From: Chiloscyllium plagiosum
Lineage: Eukaryota
Direction of reading: 5' to 3'
NCBI RefSeq assembly: GCF_004010195.1
Contig: NC_057753.1
Coordinates: forward strand, 12,126,429-12,169,491
DNA: 43,063 nt
In this document: positions 11,026 through 23,029 of the stretch, piece after piece
Position numbering within the stretch: the stretch's first letter is position 1
How the letters are laid out: every line of letters starts with the position of its first letter
Notes under the pieces: generated by a model
Database searches by the model: none
Told to the model about the DNA's origin: nothing
What the model saw: the letters and a program-made list of their open reading frames with translations, nothing else
Program-made: the position numbers and the translations under genes

Positions 11026-12069
11026 TTATTTGTGGACCCGCTGGTGCCTCAGCAGAGTGGACGACTGGGTGAAGGCCTTCCCGCACTCGGAGCAGGTGAA
11101 CGGCCGCTCCCCGGTGTGCGTCCGCTGGTGTTCGACGAGGTCAGACGCTCTGCGGAAACCGGAGCCGCAGTGGGAGCACCGGAAGGGCCGCTCCTCGGTG
11201 TGGACGCGCTGGTGCAGCAGCAGCTCCCCGGAGCTCTTGAAGCGCTTCCCGCAGTCCGGGCAGCCGAAGGGCCGCTCCTGGGTGTGGACCCGCCGGTGGA
11301 TTTGCAGGTGGGACGACTGGCTGAAGGCCTTCCCGCACTCGGGGCAGCGGAACGGCCGCTCGCCGGTGTGGACCCGCCGGTGGACGGTGAGCTGCGAGGA
11401 CTGCCTGAAGCCCGCCCCGCAGCGGGGGCAGGTGTACGGCCTCTCCCCGGTGTGCACCCGCTGGTGCTTGGCCAGGGCCGAGGACGCCTTGAAGCCGGCC
11501 CCGCAGCCGGGGCAGCGGAACGGCCGCTCGTCGGTGTGGACCCGCCGGTGCGAGCGCAGGTCCCGGGAGCTCTTCCAACGCTTCCCGCAGTCCGGGCAGC
11601 CGAAGGGCCGCTCCTCGGTGTGGACCCGCCTGTGCGAGAGCAGCAAGGACGGGTCGGCGAAGCCCTTGCCGCACCGGCGGCAGGTGAACGGCCGCTCCCC
11701 GCTGTGCGCTCTCCGGTGCCTCCGCAGGCTCGACGGCTCGGTGAAGCCCTTGCCGCACTCGGGGCAGGCGAACGGCCGCTCCCCGGTGTGGACCCGCCGG
11801 TGCCGCAGCAGGTGGGAGGACTCGGTGAAGCCCTTGCCGCACGCCGAGCAGCGGAACCGCCGCTCCCCGGTGTGCGCCCGCCGGTGCTTCTGCAAGCCGG
11901 CTGCCTGAGCGAAGCCCTTGCCGCACTCGGGGCAGGTGTGCTGCCTCTCCCCGGTGTGGCTGCGCCGGTGCGATTCCAGGTAGCACGGGTAAGGGAAGCT
12001 CTTGCCGCAGTCCCCGCATTCCCATGGCTTCTCCCGGACGAAGCCTAGTCCGGAGCTCTCCCCTTCCAT
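11026..12069 (-). CDS. Tandem C2H2 zinc-finger protein, 12 fingers, 347 aa (ZNF-A)
   Basis: Uninterrupted ORF; 12 CxxC-x12-HxxxH units with TGERP-type linkers; ATG in AAGATGG context at 12069; polypyrimidine tract and ttccag acceptor with exon start at 12144 (the ORF-track GTG start is the exon edge). Confidence 0.95.
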   Translation of the reverse strand: MEGESSGLGFVREKPWECGDCGKSFPYPCYLESHRRSHTGERQHTCPECGKGFAQAAGLQKHRRAHTGERRFRCSACGKGFTESSHLLRHRRVHTGERPFACPECGKGFTEPSSLRRHRRAHSGERPFTCRRCGKGFADPSLLLSHRRVHTEERPFGCPDCGKRWKSSRDLRSHRRVHTDERPFRCPGCGAGFKASSALAKHQRVHTGERPYTCPRCGAGFRQSSQLTVHRRVHTGERPFRCPECGKAFSQSSHLQIHRRVHTQERPFGCPDCGKRFKSSGELLLHQRVHTEERPFRCSHCGSGFRRASDLVEHQRTHTGERPFTCSECGKAFTQSSTLLRHQRVHK

Positions 12070-13010
12070 CTTCGACAGCCGGGCCGCAACCAGGTTCACT
12101 CCTTTTGGCTTCCCGACTCCAGGTCTAGTCCCCTTTCTAGTCACCTGGAAAGTTCATCGAAACAGGGCAGAAAGAAAAAAAAAGGGAGTGAGAGCGAACC
12201 CAGAAAGGTGGTGGGTCGAAGACCCCTGATCTCCACCCCCCCTCCCCCTTATGATTTTAGAAACCTCAACCTCCTCTGCTCCAGTGGGAAACGTCCTCGC
12301 TTAACGTGTAACTCCAGCCCTCCATTCCTGGCCACACCCTGGTAAATCTTTTCTGAACCCTTTCCAATTTAATAATATCCTTCCCATAACAGGGAATGGG
12401 GAGGGGATGGCCCAGTGGTATTATTGCTGGAGTCTGAAGCCAGAGATGAAGGCATGGCGCTGGCAAAGCACAGCTGGCCAAGAAGCCGGTGTAGTGGCTA
12501 AAATGCTGAAGTCCATTTTGCAACAGTACCAGACCCGCCAACTTTAAGGGCATTTAAATGGTCATTGGATAGGCATATGGACAAGAACGGAGTAGTATAG
12601 GTTAAATGATCTTCAGATTGGTTTCACGGGTCCTTGATGTTGTGCCAATCTCAGGGTCTGTACTGCGCTGTAACGTTCTATGTTCATTGTAAAAGATTTA
12701 ACTTTGATTACAAGAGCAGGAGAGGACAGAGACAGCAGGGAAAAGGAAATCATAGTTGACAATTCTACTGCAATATCTTGGGGATGTAACTAGTCGAGTT
12801 GATAAAGGGGGAACCAATGGGTGTGGTTTGCTTGGATTTTCAGAATAAGGTCACACATTAAAGGGATCAGCACATGGGAAGTATACTGACATGGACAGAG
12901 AACAGCAGACAAGAAACAAACAGTAGGAATAAACAGGTCATTTTTCGAGTGGCAACTAGTGACTAGTGAAGTATCACAGGTATCAACTTGAACAATATAT
13001 ATTTTGATGA

Positions 13011-13310
13011 TTAAGATGAGATTAGTTACAGTGTGGAAACTGGACCTTCGGCCCAACAAGTCCACACCGACCCACCGAAGCGCAAACCACCCAGACCCAT
13101 TCCCCTACATTTACCCCTTCACCTAACACTACGGGCAATCCACCCTGACCTGCACATTTTTGGACTGTGGGAGGAAACCGGAGCACCCGGAGGAAACCCA
13201 CGCAGACACGGGGAGAATGTGCAAACTCCACACAGACAGTCGCCTGAGGTGGGAATTGAACCCAGGTCTCTGGCGTAGTGAGGCAGCAGTGCTAACCACT
13301 GTGCCGCCCA
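13011..13310 (-). mobile_element. HE1-type V-SINE
   Basis: Full tRNA head, V-domain and tail on minus. Confidence 0.9.
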
Positions 13311-14364
13311 TGTGAGGAAACATATCTCCCAGTTTTCAGATGACACTAAGCTGGGCGGGAGGGTGAGCTTTGAGGTAGACGCTGAGATTTGTACAGGCTG
13401 AATGAGTGGGCGAATGCATGGCAGATGAAGCATAATGCGGTCAAATATGAGGGCAAAAACAGGAAGGGAGATTAGCTGAACAGTGATAGATTTGGAAACG
13501 GGATAGTACAATGAGACCTGGGAGTCCTTGTACACCAGCCACTGAAAGTATGCATGTGAAGAAAGCAAAAGGTTTATTGGCTTTCATAGTGAAAGGATTC
13601 GAGTACAGAAACAGGGATGCCTTGCTGCAATTGTTCAGGGGCCTTGGTAAGACAACACCTGGAGTATCATGTGCAACTCTGGTCTCCTTCACTAAGGATG
13701 GGCGTCCTGGCTGTAGATAAGGTGAATGGCAGGTGCTTTTTTTTCCCCTATGTTGGGGAATTTCAAAACTAGGGGGCACATTTTTAAGATGAGAGGAGAA
13801 AGATTTTAAAAAGACACAAGGGGCAAATTTTGTTTTTACACGGGCAATGGTTTGTGTGTGGAATGAATTTCCAGAGGAAGTGGTGGATGTGGGTACAGTT
13901 GCAATGTTGAAAAGGCATTTAGGGAGGTACATAAATAAGAAAAATTTGGAGGGATCACGCGCAGGTAGGTGGGACCAGTTTCGTTTGGGATTATGGCCAG
14001 CATGGGCTACTTTTGCTGAAGGGTCTGTTTCTGTGTTGTGCGACTCTATGGCTATGGAGGGATTGCAACAAAAGTTTACCGGACTTTACCAGATGCATGG
14101 GAGGAGTCATTTGGCTGGGTATATGAATAGGAAGGGTTTGGAGGGATGTGGGCCGGGTGCTGGCAGGTGGGACTAGATTGGGTTGGGATATCTCGTTGGC
14201 ATGGACGGGTTGGACCGAAGGGTCTGTTACCATACTGTACATTTCTATGACTATGACTCTATGACAGGACTGACCCATGAAGTGAGACTGGATCAGTTAG
14301 GAGTAGATTCGCTGGAGTTTAGAAGAATGAGGGGGCCAATTCTGACAGGACGAGACAGGGAAAA

Positions 14365-14485
14365 GGAGAAAGTGGGGACTGCATTTCAGAGTGGAAAAGT
14401 GGCACTGGAAAAGCATAGCAGAGATCAGGCAGCATCCGAGAAACAGAAGATACGATGTTTCAGGCATAAGCCCTTCATCAGGAAT
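14365..14485 (-). mobile_element. Penelope tail with decayed hammerhead
   Basis: attcCTGATGAagggcttatgcctGAAAcatcg on minus. Confidence 0.7.
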
Positions 14486-15064
14486 ANNNNNTGGGGAGGG
14501 GAGCAGATAGATGGGAAGGAAGATGGACAGGTCAAGAGGGCGGTACCGATTTGGAGGCATCTGGCATGAGTTAGGAGGGGAGGGGAGAGAAAGATGTTGT
14601 GAAACTTGAAAGGGTTCAGAAAAGATTTACAAGGATGTTGCCAGGGTTGGAGGATTTGAGCTTTCGGGAGCGGCTGAACAGGCTGGGGCTGTTTTCCCTG
14701 AAGCTTCGGAGGCTGAGAGGTGACCTTACAGAGGTTTACAAAATTATGAGGGGCATGGATAGGGTAAATAGGCTTTTCCCTGGGGTCGGGGAGTTCAGAA
14801 CTAGAGGGCATAGGTTTAGGGTGAGAGGGGAAAGATGTAAGAGACCTAAGGGGCAACTTTTTCACACAGAGGGTGGTATGGGTATGGAATGAGCTGCCAT
14901 AGGAAGTGGTGGAGGCATTTGGATGGGTATATGAAAAGGAAGGGTTTGGAGGGATATGGGCCGGGTGCTGGCAGGTGGGACTAGATTGGGTTGGGATATC
15001 TGGTTGGCATGGACAGGTTTGACCAAAGGGTCTGTTTCCGTGCTGTACATCTCTGTGGCTCTAT

Positions 15065-15215
15065 AAGGAAACTAGTGAAATCGACGCTGATGTTGTGTGT
15101 TTGGAGGGTCCCAAGGCAGACCATGAGGTGTTCTTCCTCCAGGAGTCAGGTGGCTCGGATTTAATGGTGGACGAGGCCCAGGACTTGAATGTCCTTATCA
15201 GGGTGGGAGGGGGAG
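15065..15215 (-). mobile_element. Penelope GIY-YIG C-terminal fragment
   Basis: DIQVLGLVHH..LEEEHLMVCLG..QTHNISVDF, homologous to 31080-31200. Confidence 0.7.
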
Positions 15216-15569
15216 TTGACGTAGACACGGAAAACAAAGGAAGGATGTCCCCAATGACGTGGGGAGTCCAGAACCAGGGGCTTACAGTCGAACGATACTG
15301 GGTAGGACGGGGCTGAGGAGATTTCTTCACCCAGAGGGTGGGCGAACCTGTGGTCATCTCTGTCACAGAAAGCGGTCGAAGCCAAAACATTAAATGATTT
15401 CAAAAAGGAGTTAGATACTGGGATCCAAGGGCACGGGGGTGTGGGAAGGTGAGGGACAGGGGGCTGACTTGGATGATCAGCCATGAATTGAAAGGTGGGA
15501 CAGGCTCCTGCTGCTCATGTCCATGCACTTGCCAATCTGATTGAGGTCCCTCCCAGTCTCACTGGATGT

Positions 15570-15910
15570 TCCCCTACAAAGATGGCGGCGGCCGACCGCG
15601 CTCCCTTACAAAGATGGCGGCGGCGCACGCGCGCTCTCACTTCCCGGTTCCCAACAAGATGGCGGCCGTGAGCCCAGCGCCGGAAGCTCCGGGAACCATC
15701 CCGTCAATTCTTCTCAAAGCCTGCCCCTTTACACCCGGTTATTTTCCGCAGACTTTCCCCTTCCCCGTCCCGAGCTCCGCTCCGGCTCTCTCGGCCTCCG
15801 TCTCACCGGGTTTTGGATCCGAGCGAGAGCCGTCCGCCATCGCGGGCTCCCATTCCCGCGCGTGCGCCGTGCCCACCCCACCCCGCACTGCGCCTGCGCA
15901 CCGCCCTTGC
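15570..15910 (-). promoter_or_regulatory. CpG-island promoter and first exon of ZNF-A
   Basis: CpG-dense; NRF1-type TGCGCAGGCGCA (~15889-15900); donor cccg/gtgaga at 15806; three YY1 motifs AAGATGGCGG at 15579, 15611, 15656; ETS-like ccggaag. Confidence 0.75.
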
Positions 15911-16689
15911 TCTGGTCTGAATGGGCCACATGCCCCCTTTGCAGGCACTGATTCAAGCCAGAGGGGGAATCCACCCTGAAACGTTCTGCACTTCAAGTCT
16001 ATCTGCTGTGGGGTTTATGCAACATGCAGATCAAAAAACTGAAATTCAGCACCAGAGGCAGAGGCTCTGTGAACAGACATGGTCTTTTCCCCCAGGGTAG
16101 GGGAGTGCAAGTCAAGGTGAAGGTGAGAGGGTAAGGATTTTAAAAAGGGACCTGAGGGGCAACTATTTCACAAAGAGGGTGATGCATATATGGAACGAGC
16201 TGCTAGAGGCGGGTAGAATTACAACATTTAAAAGATTTTTGGACTGGTGCTGGATTGGGAAGGTTTAGAGGGATATGGCAAAACCCGAAACATTGCTTTT
16301 CCTACTCCTCGGATACTGCCTGACCAGCTGTGCTTTTCCAGCACCACTGTAATCTAGACTTAGAGGGGTATGGGCAAAACGTTGGAAAACAGGACCAGTT
16401 CACTTGGAAAACCTGGTCGGTGCGGATGAGTTGGGCTTTAGGTCTGGCAGCATCTGTGGTGAGGAAGGGAGTCTGGTCACTTTTCATCAGAACTGTTGGC
16501 AGTTCGGAAAGAAAAGCCGTGCTTATGGCTAAATATGAGTCTGGGTGGTGGGGGAAGAGGTGAGTGGATAGGTGATGTTGGAGCTTGCCGGGGTGGGGGG
16601 GAATATGCAAAAGGGTAGCAGACTGATTATGTGACAACAAGAGCTAGGAATAAGCGGGAATGGGTGAGCTATACTAAAATCAACACATG

Positions 16690-16815
16690 ATTTGAAGAAG
16701 GGCTCATGCCCGAAACGTCTATTCTCCTGCTCCTTGGATGGTGCCTGACCTGCTGCGCTTTTAGCAACACATTTTCAGCTCTGATCTCCAGCATCTGCAG
16801 TCCTCACTTTCTCCC
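16690..16815 (+). mobile_element. 126-bp Penelope mini-insertion (hammerhead plus tail) with 16-bp TSD
   Basis: ctaaaatcaacacatg at 16674-16689 and 16816-16831; tTGAAGA-agggctcatgccc-GAAACGTC. Confidence 0.85.
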
Positions 16816-17002
16816 CTAAAATCAACACATGTAATGTGATGATTGCAGCGAACCTAGTCTTGAAGAAGGGTTAATACCTGAAATATTTACTTCTCCACCT
16901 CCTGATGCTGCCTGGCTTGCTGTGTTCTCCCCGCCTCCTGTGTGTCTACTAATGTGATATAGGCATAGGAGAGAATGGGTGCCTGTGCTAAAAAAAAAAA
17001 CA

Positions 17003-17313
17003 CTGTGGTTAGCACTGCTGACACACAGCACCTTGGACCCGGGTTCAATTCTAGCCTTGGGTGACTGTCTGTGTGGAGTTTGCACATTCTCCCCGTCCAT
17101 GCATGGGTTTCCTCCCACAGTCTAAAGATGTACTGGTTAGGGTGGATTGGCCATGCTAAATTGCCCATAGTGTTCAGGGATGTGTATGTTAGGTACATTA
17201 GGCAGGGGTAAATGTAGGAGAAATGGGTCTGGGTGGGTTACTCTTCAGAAGGTCGGTGTGGACTTGTTGGGGCGAAGGGCCTGTTTCCACATTGTCGGGA
17301 TTCTAGATTCTAG
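17003..17313 (+). mobile_element. HE1-type V-SINE
   Basis: tRNA head remnant, V-domain, tail. Confidence 0.85.
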
Positions 17314-18952
17314 AACAACCGATGTCATAATGAGACAGGTGTGGGGTGGGTAAAAAGAACGTGGAAGGATGTAATATGACAATATCAACAGTGACAGAGC
17401 TCCAACTGCAAATCAATCTTTGGTGTTCAGGCTCTGAAGTTATTGAACTATTTAGTCCTAGAGGCTGTGGGGACATGAAGCAGAAATCGAGATGTTGTCC
17501 TTTGAATTTATGCGGAGGCTACAGCGACCGAAATGTTGGTCTGGGAACATGGTAGTGTGTCGAAGTGGCAGGCAGCGAGAAGCTTGGGGTCATTTTTGGA
17601 GTTAGAATGTAGGTGTTTGGCAAAGCAGTCGCTCAGTCAGCATTTTGTCACTTCGATGTAGAGGAGACCACATTGTGAACAGTAGACTAGATTGAATGAA
17701 GTACAGATGAATCACCTAGAAGGTATGCCATAGAGTCACACAGCACAGAAACAGACCGTTCGGTCCAACCAGTCCATGCCGACCATAATCCCAAACTAAA
17801 CCTCTCCCACTTGTCTGCACTTGGCCCACATCGCTCCAAACATTTCTTATTCATTTACTTATCTAAATGCCTTTTCAATATTGCAACTGTACCCACATCA
17901 ACCACTTTTTCTGGAAGTTCATTCCACACACATGTTCATTCTACACATTGTCTGTGTAAAAACAAAATTTGCCCCTTGTGTCTTTCAGAGAGAGGAGGTG
18001 AATAGGAAGGTATTAAACCATTGCGATTGCATGGGACGGTGCTGTGGGAGCTTGAGGAGATGTTGGGAATGGAGGTGGAGTGGACCAGAGTGTCCCAGAG
18101 GGAATGGTCCATGTGTAATGGTTACTAGGCAGGGGGAGGGGAATGGTCATGGCAACTCGTTGGGAGTGTCAGGAACGGCAGCTTCCAATCCGTTGGACAT
18201 CGAGGTGGGTAGGTGAGGAACTGGGGGTCCTGTCATTGTTGTGAGAGGGAGAGGAAGGAGGGAGAGCGGATATGTGGGAACACAGCTTAGGGCCCTGTTA
18301 TCCACACCACTTACATCCTCAGATGAAGAAGAATCTGCAGTGAATTTCAAGTTGATTAATGTTTCTTTCCGAGATACCTGTCATTAAAAACCCAAAAGGC
18401 ATGGTTAATAAATTTGTGGATGACATCAAAATTGATAGTATACTGGACACTGAGGAAGGACATCGAAGATTACAAAAACATCTTGGTCAATTGGGTCAAT
18501 GGGCTGAGGGGTGATAGATGGAGTTTAATCGAGATAAACATGATTTATTGTATTTTGGTAAAACAAACAAGGACCTTGCGTAGTGTTGTCGAACAGAGAG
18601 ACCAGGGGTTCAGGTACATTAGTCTCTGAAGTTTGCATTAGATATAGACAGGATGGTTAAGGAGGCATCTAGCACGCTTGCTTTCATTGCTCAGGCGTTT
18701 GGGGAGACGGGTTAGGACGTCATGTTGAGGTTGTACAAGATTTTCTTTTTATTCATTCACAGAATGAGGATGTTGCTGGCTGGGTCAGTAATTTATTGCC
18801 CATTCCTAATTGCCCAGAGAGCAATTGAGAGTCAACTATATTACTATAGGTCTGGAATCAAATGTAGGCCAGACCAGGTCAGGATGGAAGATTTCCTTCC
18901 CTATAGGGCATTAGTGAACCAGATGGGTTTTCCTGATAATTGGCAATGGATT

Positions 18953-19330
18953 TATCTCCTATACATTGGGGAGACAGGCTGCCTACTTGCGGAACGTTTC
19001 AGAGAACACCTCTGGGACACCCGCACCAACCAACCCAACCGCCCCGTGGCTGAACACTTCAACTCCCCCTCCCAAGGGCATCCAGGTCCTTGGCCTCCTC
19101 CATCGCCAGACCATGGCAACGCGACGCCTGGAGGAAGAGCGACTCATCTTCCGCCCTCCCTACCTTTTATCTTAGCCTGTTTGGCACACCCTCCTCATTC
19201 TTGAAGAAGGGCTTACGCCTGACACGTCGATTCTCCTGCTCCTTGGATGCTGCCTGACCTGCTGCACTTTTCCAGCAACACATTTTTAAGCTCTGATCTC
19301 CAGCATCTGCAGTTCTCACTTTCTCCTAAG
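18953..19330 (+). mobile_element. Penelope GIY-YIG fragment plus tail
   Basis: LLYIGETGCLLAERFREHL..VAEHFNSP; RRLEEERLIFR; decayed hammerhead at ~19197-19232. Confidence 0.85.
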
Positions 19331-19353
19331 TAATGGATTTATTGTAGTCATTA

Positions 19354-19657
19354 CGGGCAGCACGGTGGCACAGTGGTTAGCACTGTTGCCTCACAGCGCC
19401 ACAGACCTGGGTTCACTTCCCGCCTCAGGCAACTGTCTGTGTGGAGTTTGCACGTTCTCCCCGTGTCTGCGGGGGTTTCCTCCCACAGTCCAAAACAAAT
19501 GTGCAGGTTAGGTGAATTGACCGTGCTAAATTGCCCGTAATGTTAGGTGAAGGGGTAAATGTAGGGGGACAGGTCTGGGTGGCTTGCTTTTCGGAGTGTC
19601 GGTGTGCACTTGTTGGACCGAAGGGCCTGTTTCCACACTGTAAGTAATCTAATCTAA
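19354..19657 (+). mobile_element. HE1-type V-SINE
   Basis: Full-length head, V-domain and (aatct)n tail. Confidence 0.9.
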
Positions 19658-19753
19658 TTAATTTCAGATATTTATTGAATTCAAATTCCACCATCTGCCA
19701 TGGTGGGATTTGAACCCAAGTTCCCAGAACGTTATCTGGATCTCTGGATTAAC

Positions 19754-20072
19754 GTTGAAGAGTGTGGTGCTGGAAAAGCACAACTGGTTAGACAGCATCC
19801 AAGGATTAGGAGGATCGACGTTTCGAGAATAAGCCCTTCATCAGGAAGGAGGCTTGTGGCCCAAAGGGGCTGGGAGTTAAATGGGAGTGGGGTAAGGTAA
19901 CTGGGAATGCGATAGTTAGATGAAGGTGGGGATAAAGGTGAAGCCCTAATGAAGGGCCTATGCTTGGAACGTCGATTCTCCTGCTCCTCGGATGCTGCCT
20001 GACTGGCCGTGCTTTTCCAGCATCACACTCTTCGGCTCGGATTTCCAGCATCCGCAGCCCTCACTTTCTCCA
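19754..20072. mobile_element. Two inverted Penelope tails inserted as one unit with 12-bp TSD
   Basis: ctctggattaac at 19742-19753 and 20073-20084; minus copy ~19757-19847, plus copy ~19944-20072. Confidence 0.8.
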
Positions 20073-20814
20073 CTCTGGATTAACAGTTGAGCGATAATAT
20101 CACTGGGCCTTCATCTCCTCATGTGGTACTGTGTCCAGTTCCGGGTTGCCCTGTTATAGGAAGGTTATTATTAAGCTGGAGAGTACTCAGAAAAACTTTG
20201 CCAGAATGTGGCCAGGAGTGGAAGGCTCGAGTTACAAGGAGAGGTTGGGCCTTTTTTTTCCACACAGTTGAGTGGTGAACTTATAGAGGTTCATAAAATC
20301 ATGAGGGGTGAATGGCAGGGTGATACGGTGAATGGCAGGTGTCTTTTCTCCAGGCGAGGGATTTCAAGACTCGGGGGCATATTGCTAAGGTGAAAAGGGC
20401 AAGATTTTATAAAAGGCATGAGGGGAAAGTCTTTTTACACAGAGATTAGTTCGTATGTGCATTGAACCTCCAGAGGAAGTGGTGGATGTGGGCACAGTTA
20501 CAACTTTTAAAAGACATTCGGGTAAGTGCATGAATAGGCAAGGGTTTGTAAGGGTATGGGCCAAACGCAGACAGGTGGGGCTACTTGAGTTTGGGATTAT
20601 GGTTGGCATGGACTGGTTGGACCGAAAGGTCTGTTTCTGTGCTGCATGACTGTGACAGCGATGGAGAAACTCAAGTGTCGCAGTACCTGTGGAATGAGAG
20701 GAACAGAGTTGACATTTTGAGTCCAAATTTTTTTTATTATGCACTCTTTTTGTGCTTTGACAGCGCAGACATTGACTCAAGCCTCACCCACTTTCCCCGT
20801 TGTAATCCGAGGTA

Positions 20815-22700
20815 ACCTTCAATGCTATCCACTAGATCTCCAATTTTGGTATCATCTGCAAACTTACTACCTATACCTTCTATGTTCATACCAAATCATT
20901 TATATAAATGACGAAAAGTAATGGACCCAGCACCGATCCTGGTGGCATTCCACTGGTCACAGGCCTCCAGTCTGAAAAGCAACCTTCCACCATCACCCTC
21001 TGTCTTCTACCTTTGAGCCAGTTCTGTATCCAAATGGCTCGTTCTCCCTGTATTCCATGAGCTCTAACCTTGCTAACCAGTCTCCCATGGGGAACCTTGT
21101 CAAACGCCTTACTGAAGTCTGTATGGATCACATCCACTGCTCTATCCTCATCAATCCTCTGTTAGTTCTTCAAAAAACTCAGTCAAATCAGTGAGACATG
21201 ACTTTCCACGCACAAAGTCACATTGACTATCCCTAATCAGTCCTTGCCTTTCCAAATACATGTACATCCTGTCCCTCAGGATTCCCTCCAACAACTTGCC
21301 CACCACTGACGTCAGCCTCCGTAGTTCCCTGGCTTGTCCTTACCACCCTTCCTTAACAATGGCACCACGTTAGCCAACCTCCAGTCTTCCACACCTCCCT
21401 GTAACTATTAATGATACAATTATCTTAGCAAGGGGCCCAGCAATCACTTCCCTAGCTTCCCAGAGTTCTAGGGTAACCTGATCAGGTCCGAGGGATTTAT
21501 CCACTTTATGCATTAAGACATCCAGCACCATCTCCTCTGTAATATGGACATTTTTAAAGCTGCCACCATCTATAACCCTGCATTGTGTTTCTTCCATGTG
21601 TTTTCTCCACAGCAAACACTGATGTAAAATACTCATTTAGTACCTCCACCATCTCCTGCGGCTCCACACAAAGGCTGCATTTGTATCCTGAAACATGAAG
21701 CTGCCAGTCCTTTCCATCCCTGAGCCACGTTTCCGTAATTACTATGACATCCCAGTCCCATTCCTAACCATGCCCTGAGTTCCCTGTTAGGCCTCTTGCA
21801 TTGAAGTGCACGCAGTTTATCAGTCCAGCCTTGTTCTCTGCTTTGTCCCTACCTGCTCTGACTATTTGACTTGCTTCTTTTCTCTACTGTACCATTCTCA
21901 GATTTGATGTCTTTCTCACTATCTTCTGGGTCCTACCACCACCACCCCAATCTACTCTATCCTCCTGTTCCTACCCTCACTAAATCGTAGCACCAGGAAT
22001 AATCCAGGTATTACTACCTTCAAGGACCTCCTTTTAAATTCCTGCCTAACTTTCTATATTCTCCCTATAGTCTCTCTCTCTTCTATAGTCTCATCCTTTT
22101 CCCTTATGTTGTTGCTTCCAATAACCTCCTGCTGGTCCTTTTCCCTTATGTTGTTGCTTCCAATAACCTCCTGCTGGTCCCTCTCCACTTTGAGACCATT
22201 CTGCACCCTCTCTGAGACATCCTTGATCCTGGCACCAGGGAGGTAACGTACCATTCTTGTTTTTTGCTGCTGGCCACAGAAACATGTGTTTGTGCTTCTG
22301 ACTAGAGAGCCCCCCCTAACACAATCGATCACTTGGAATCTGACATACCCCTCATTCCGCTCGAGCCTGTCTTGATACCAGAAACTTGGCTGTTCATGCT
22401 ACATTCCCCTGAGTGTCCATCACCCCCTAAATCTTCCAAAACGTGTTTGAAATGGGGATAGCCACAGAAGACTCCTGCACTACCTGCCTACCTCTCCCAT
22501 CTTCCCTGGAGTTAAGTCATCTACCTGACTGTATCTGCAGCTTTTCTCCTTTCCTATGACTGCCATCCATCACGTCCCCTTGCTCTTGTAAATTCCTCAT
22601 TGCCTCTAACTGTTGCTCCAACTGATCTATTCAATCTGATAGGATTCACAATCAAAGTCATTTATTGCAGACTTAATCCTCAGTAACACCTAACCTCTCT
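20815..22700 (-). mobile_element. Long decayed CR1 LINE (RT plus ORF1 esterase-like region)
   Basis: [35 protein letters not shown]; DKSLGPDQV; MVRYLPGARIKDVSERVQ (SGNH-like ORF1). Confidence 0.9.
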
Positions 22701-23029
22701 GTAACTTCCAACGAGAAGACCATATCACTCTATTAAAGGACGTTTTTGTTCCTTCACAATCTATAGACTGAGGAAATAGCACCGTCTTATTGCTCAAAAA
22801 ACACTACCCCAGGCTAATTTAATAATTGTTGTTTATATTGTTACAATTTAATCAAGAGAGTGATCTCAATAGAACATATAATCAGGAAAGAATCTACTCT
22901 TACTCACTGTTGTGTTAAGAGATAAGTTTAATAATTCCTTCAGTGTTGCTGGATCAAAGTCCTGGACCTCTCAGTGGATTGACCTGCAGCAGATGGACTA
23001 CACCAACTCATGGGCAATAAATGCTGGCA

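Larger units (their letters stand above)
12265..15060. mobile_element. Cluster of CR1 LINE fragments in the inferred ZNF-A intron
   Basis: KLERVQKRFTRMLPG, LRGDLTEVYKIMRG, WNEFPEEVV and GFEYRNRDALLQL motifs in several pieces. Confidence 0.8.
18745..20110 (-). mobile_element. Second tRNA-derived SINE family copy, interrupted by three younger insertions and itself inside a CR1
   Basis: Head (ggcccagtgatattatc..gggttcaaatcccacc) at 20110-19690, body and tail at 18950-18745; CR1 on both flanks (18390-18740, 20110-20660). Confidence 0.65.

Noticed and set aside
10999-12048. Long overlapping ORFs (349, 300 and 294 aa) antisense or out of frame to ZNF-A
   Set aside because: Shadow ORFs produced by the GC-rich repetitive finger codons; no independent domain signal
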